From Anthoceros angustus (Eukaryota > Plantae > Anthocerotophyta), in NCBI GenBank assembly GCA_010909165.1, contig VJWM01000205.1, positions 276,468 through 340,467 of the forward strand: a stretch of DNA of 64,000 nucleotides, read 5' to 3'. The position numbers and the translations under genes were made by a program. Below, piece after piece: positions 63,561 to 64,000 of this stretch. A model generated the notes under the pieces. The model saw nothing but the letters and a program-made list of their open reading frames with translations, did not search any database and had not been told where the DNA came from. Numbering within the stretch: position 1 is the first letter of the stretch; each line of letters starts with the position of its first letter.

Positions 63561-64000
63561 GCACCATCTCCACATGGAGGCTATGGGCATTATTCTTAGC
63601 GCCGCTTTAATTTCTTTGGTGTTATGGTGGATGAATCTATTCGAAACCAAGCATGACCATGCAGCCCATGGAACATGATCACTTATCCTCGTGGAAGCCG
63701 ACCGGGCGGTGGCTATCTTGAATTGCTCCTCCAATTCTTCCTCTTCGTGTCGCCCTAATCCTCCTCCATTTCCTTATGTTGAACGCGATGAGAACCGGCA
63801 TTCCCAACTTAGGAGCCGCCATCTCGCCTGCGGACGAATCTCGCCATTCGTTGTTGCGCGCCGCTGGCCTTCCTCGCCTTCCTTCCGCCTCTGGTGAATT
63901 GGCATGCAGAACACCGCTGATTGCAAAGGCGCAGAGCGCCGACATTGCACAAGTGAGCCGCCATCACCGCCACGCCTCCTTTCTGCTACCGGCTCGCCAC

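Overview
Eukaryotic (land-plant) nuclear DNA. The short GT-AG introns (mostly about 75-250 nt), GC-rich exons and high gene density suggest a non-seed plant such as a hornwort or other bryophyte; this is an inference. About 3-38.5 kb is gene-dense, with ten apparently intact genes: a trihelix (Myb/SANT-like) domain spliced in frame to an HpcH/HpaI aldolase domain with degenerate catalytic residues, a VQ-motif protein, a secreted A1 aspartic protease, chloroplast glutamyl endopeptidase, KAS I, the bifunctional urate-degradation protein TTL, a DUF579 methyltransferase-like protein, a fasciclin(FAS1)-amidase fusion, an intronless canonical G-alpha, and a DnaJ-type zinc-finger protein. From about 39 kb the window switches abruptly to repeats. 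These are an LTR with a triplicated U5-PBS segment, a microhomology-bounded 2.25-kb duplication carrying a dimeric ~120-bp satellite, several minisatellites, a (CCCACAT)n tract, a decayed Sola2-type DNA transposase and a decayed Ty1/copia element. A CRE-type non-LTR endonuclease relic lies at the left end. Exon structures were inferred by eye from splice signals and protein similarity recalled from memory; no database searches were run.
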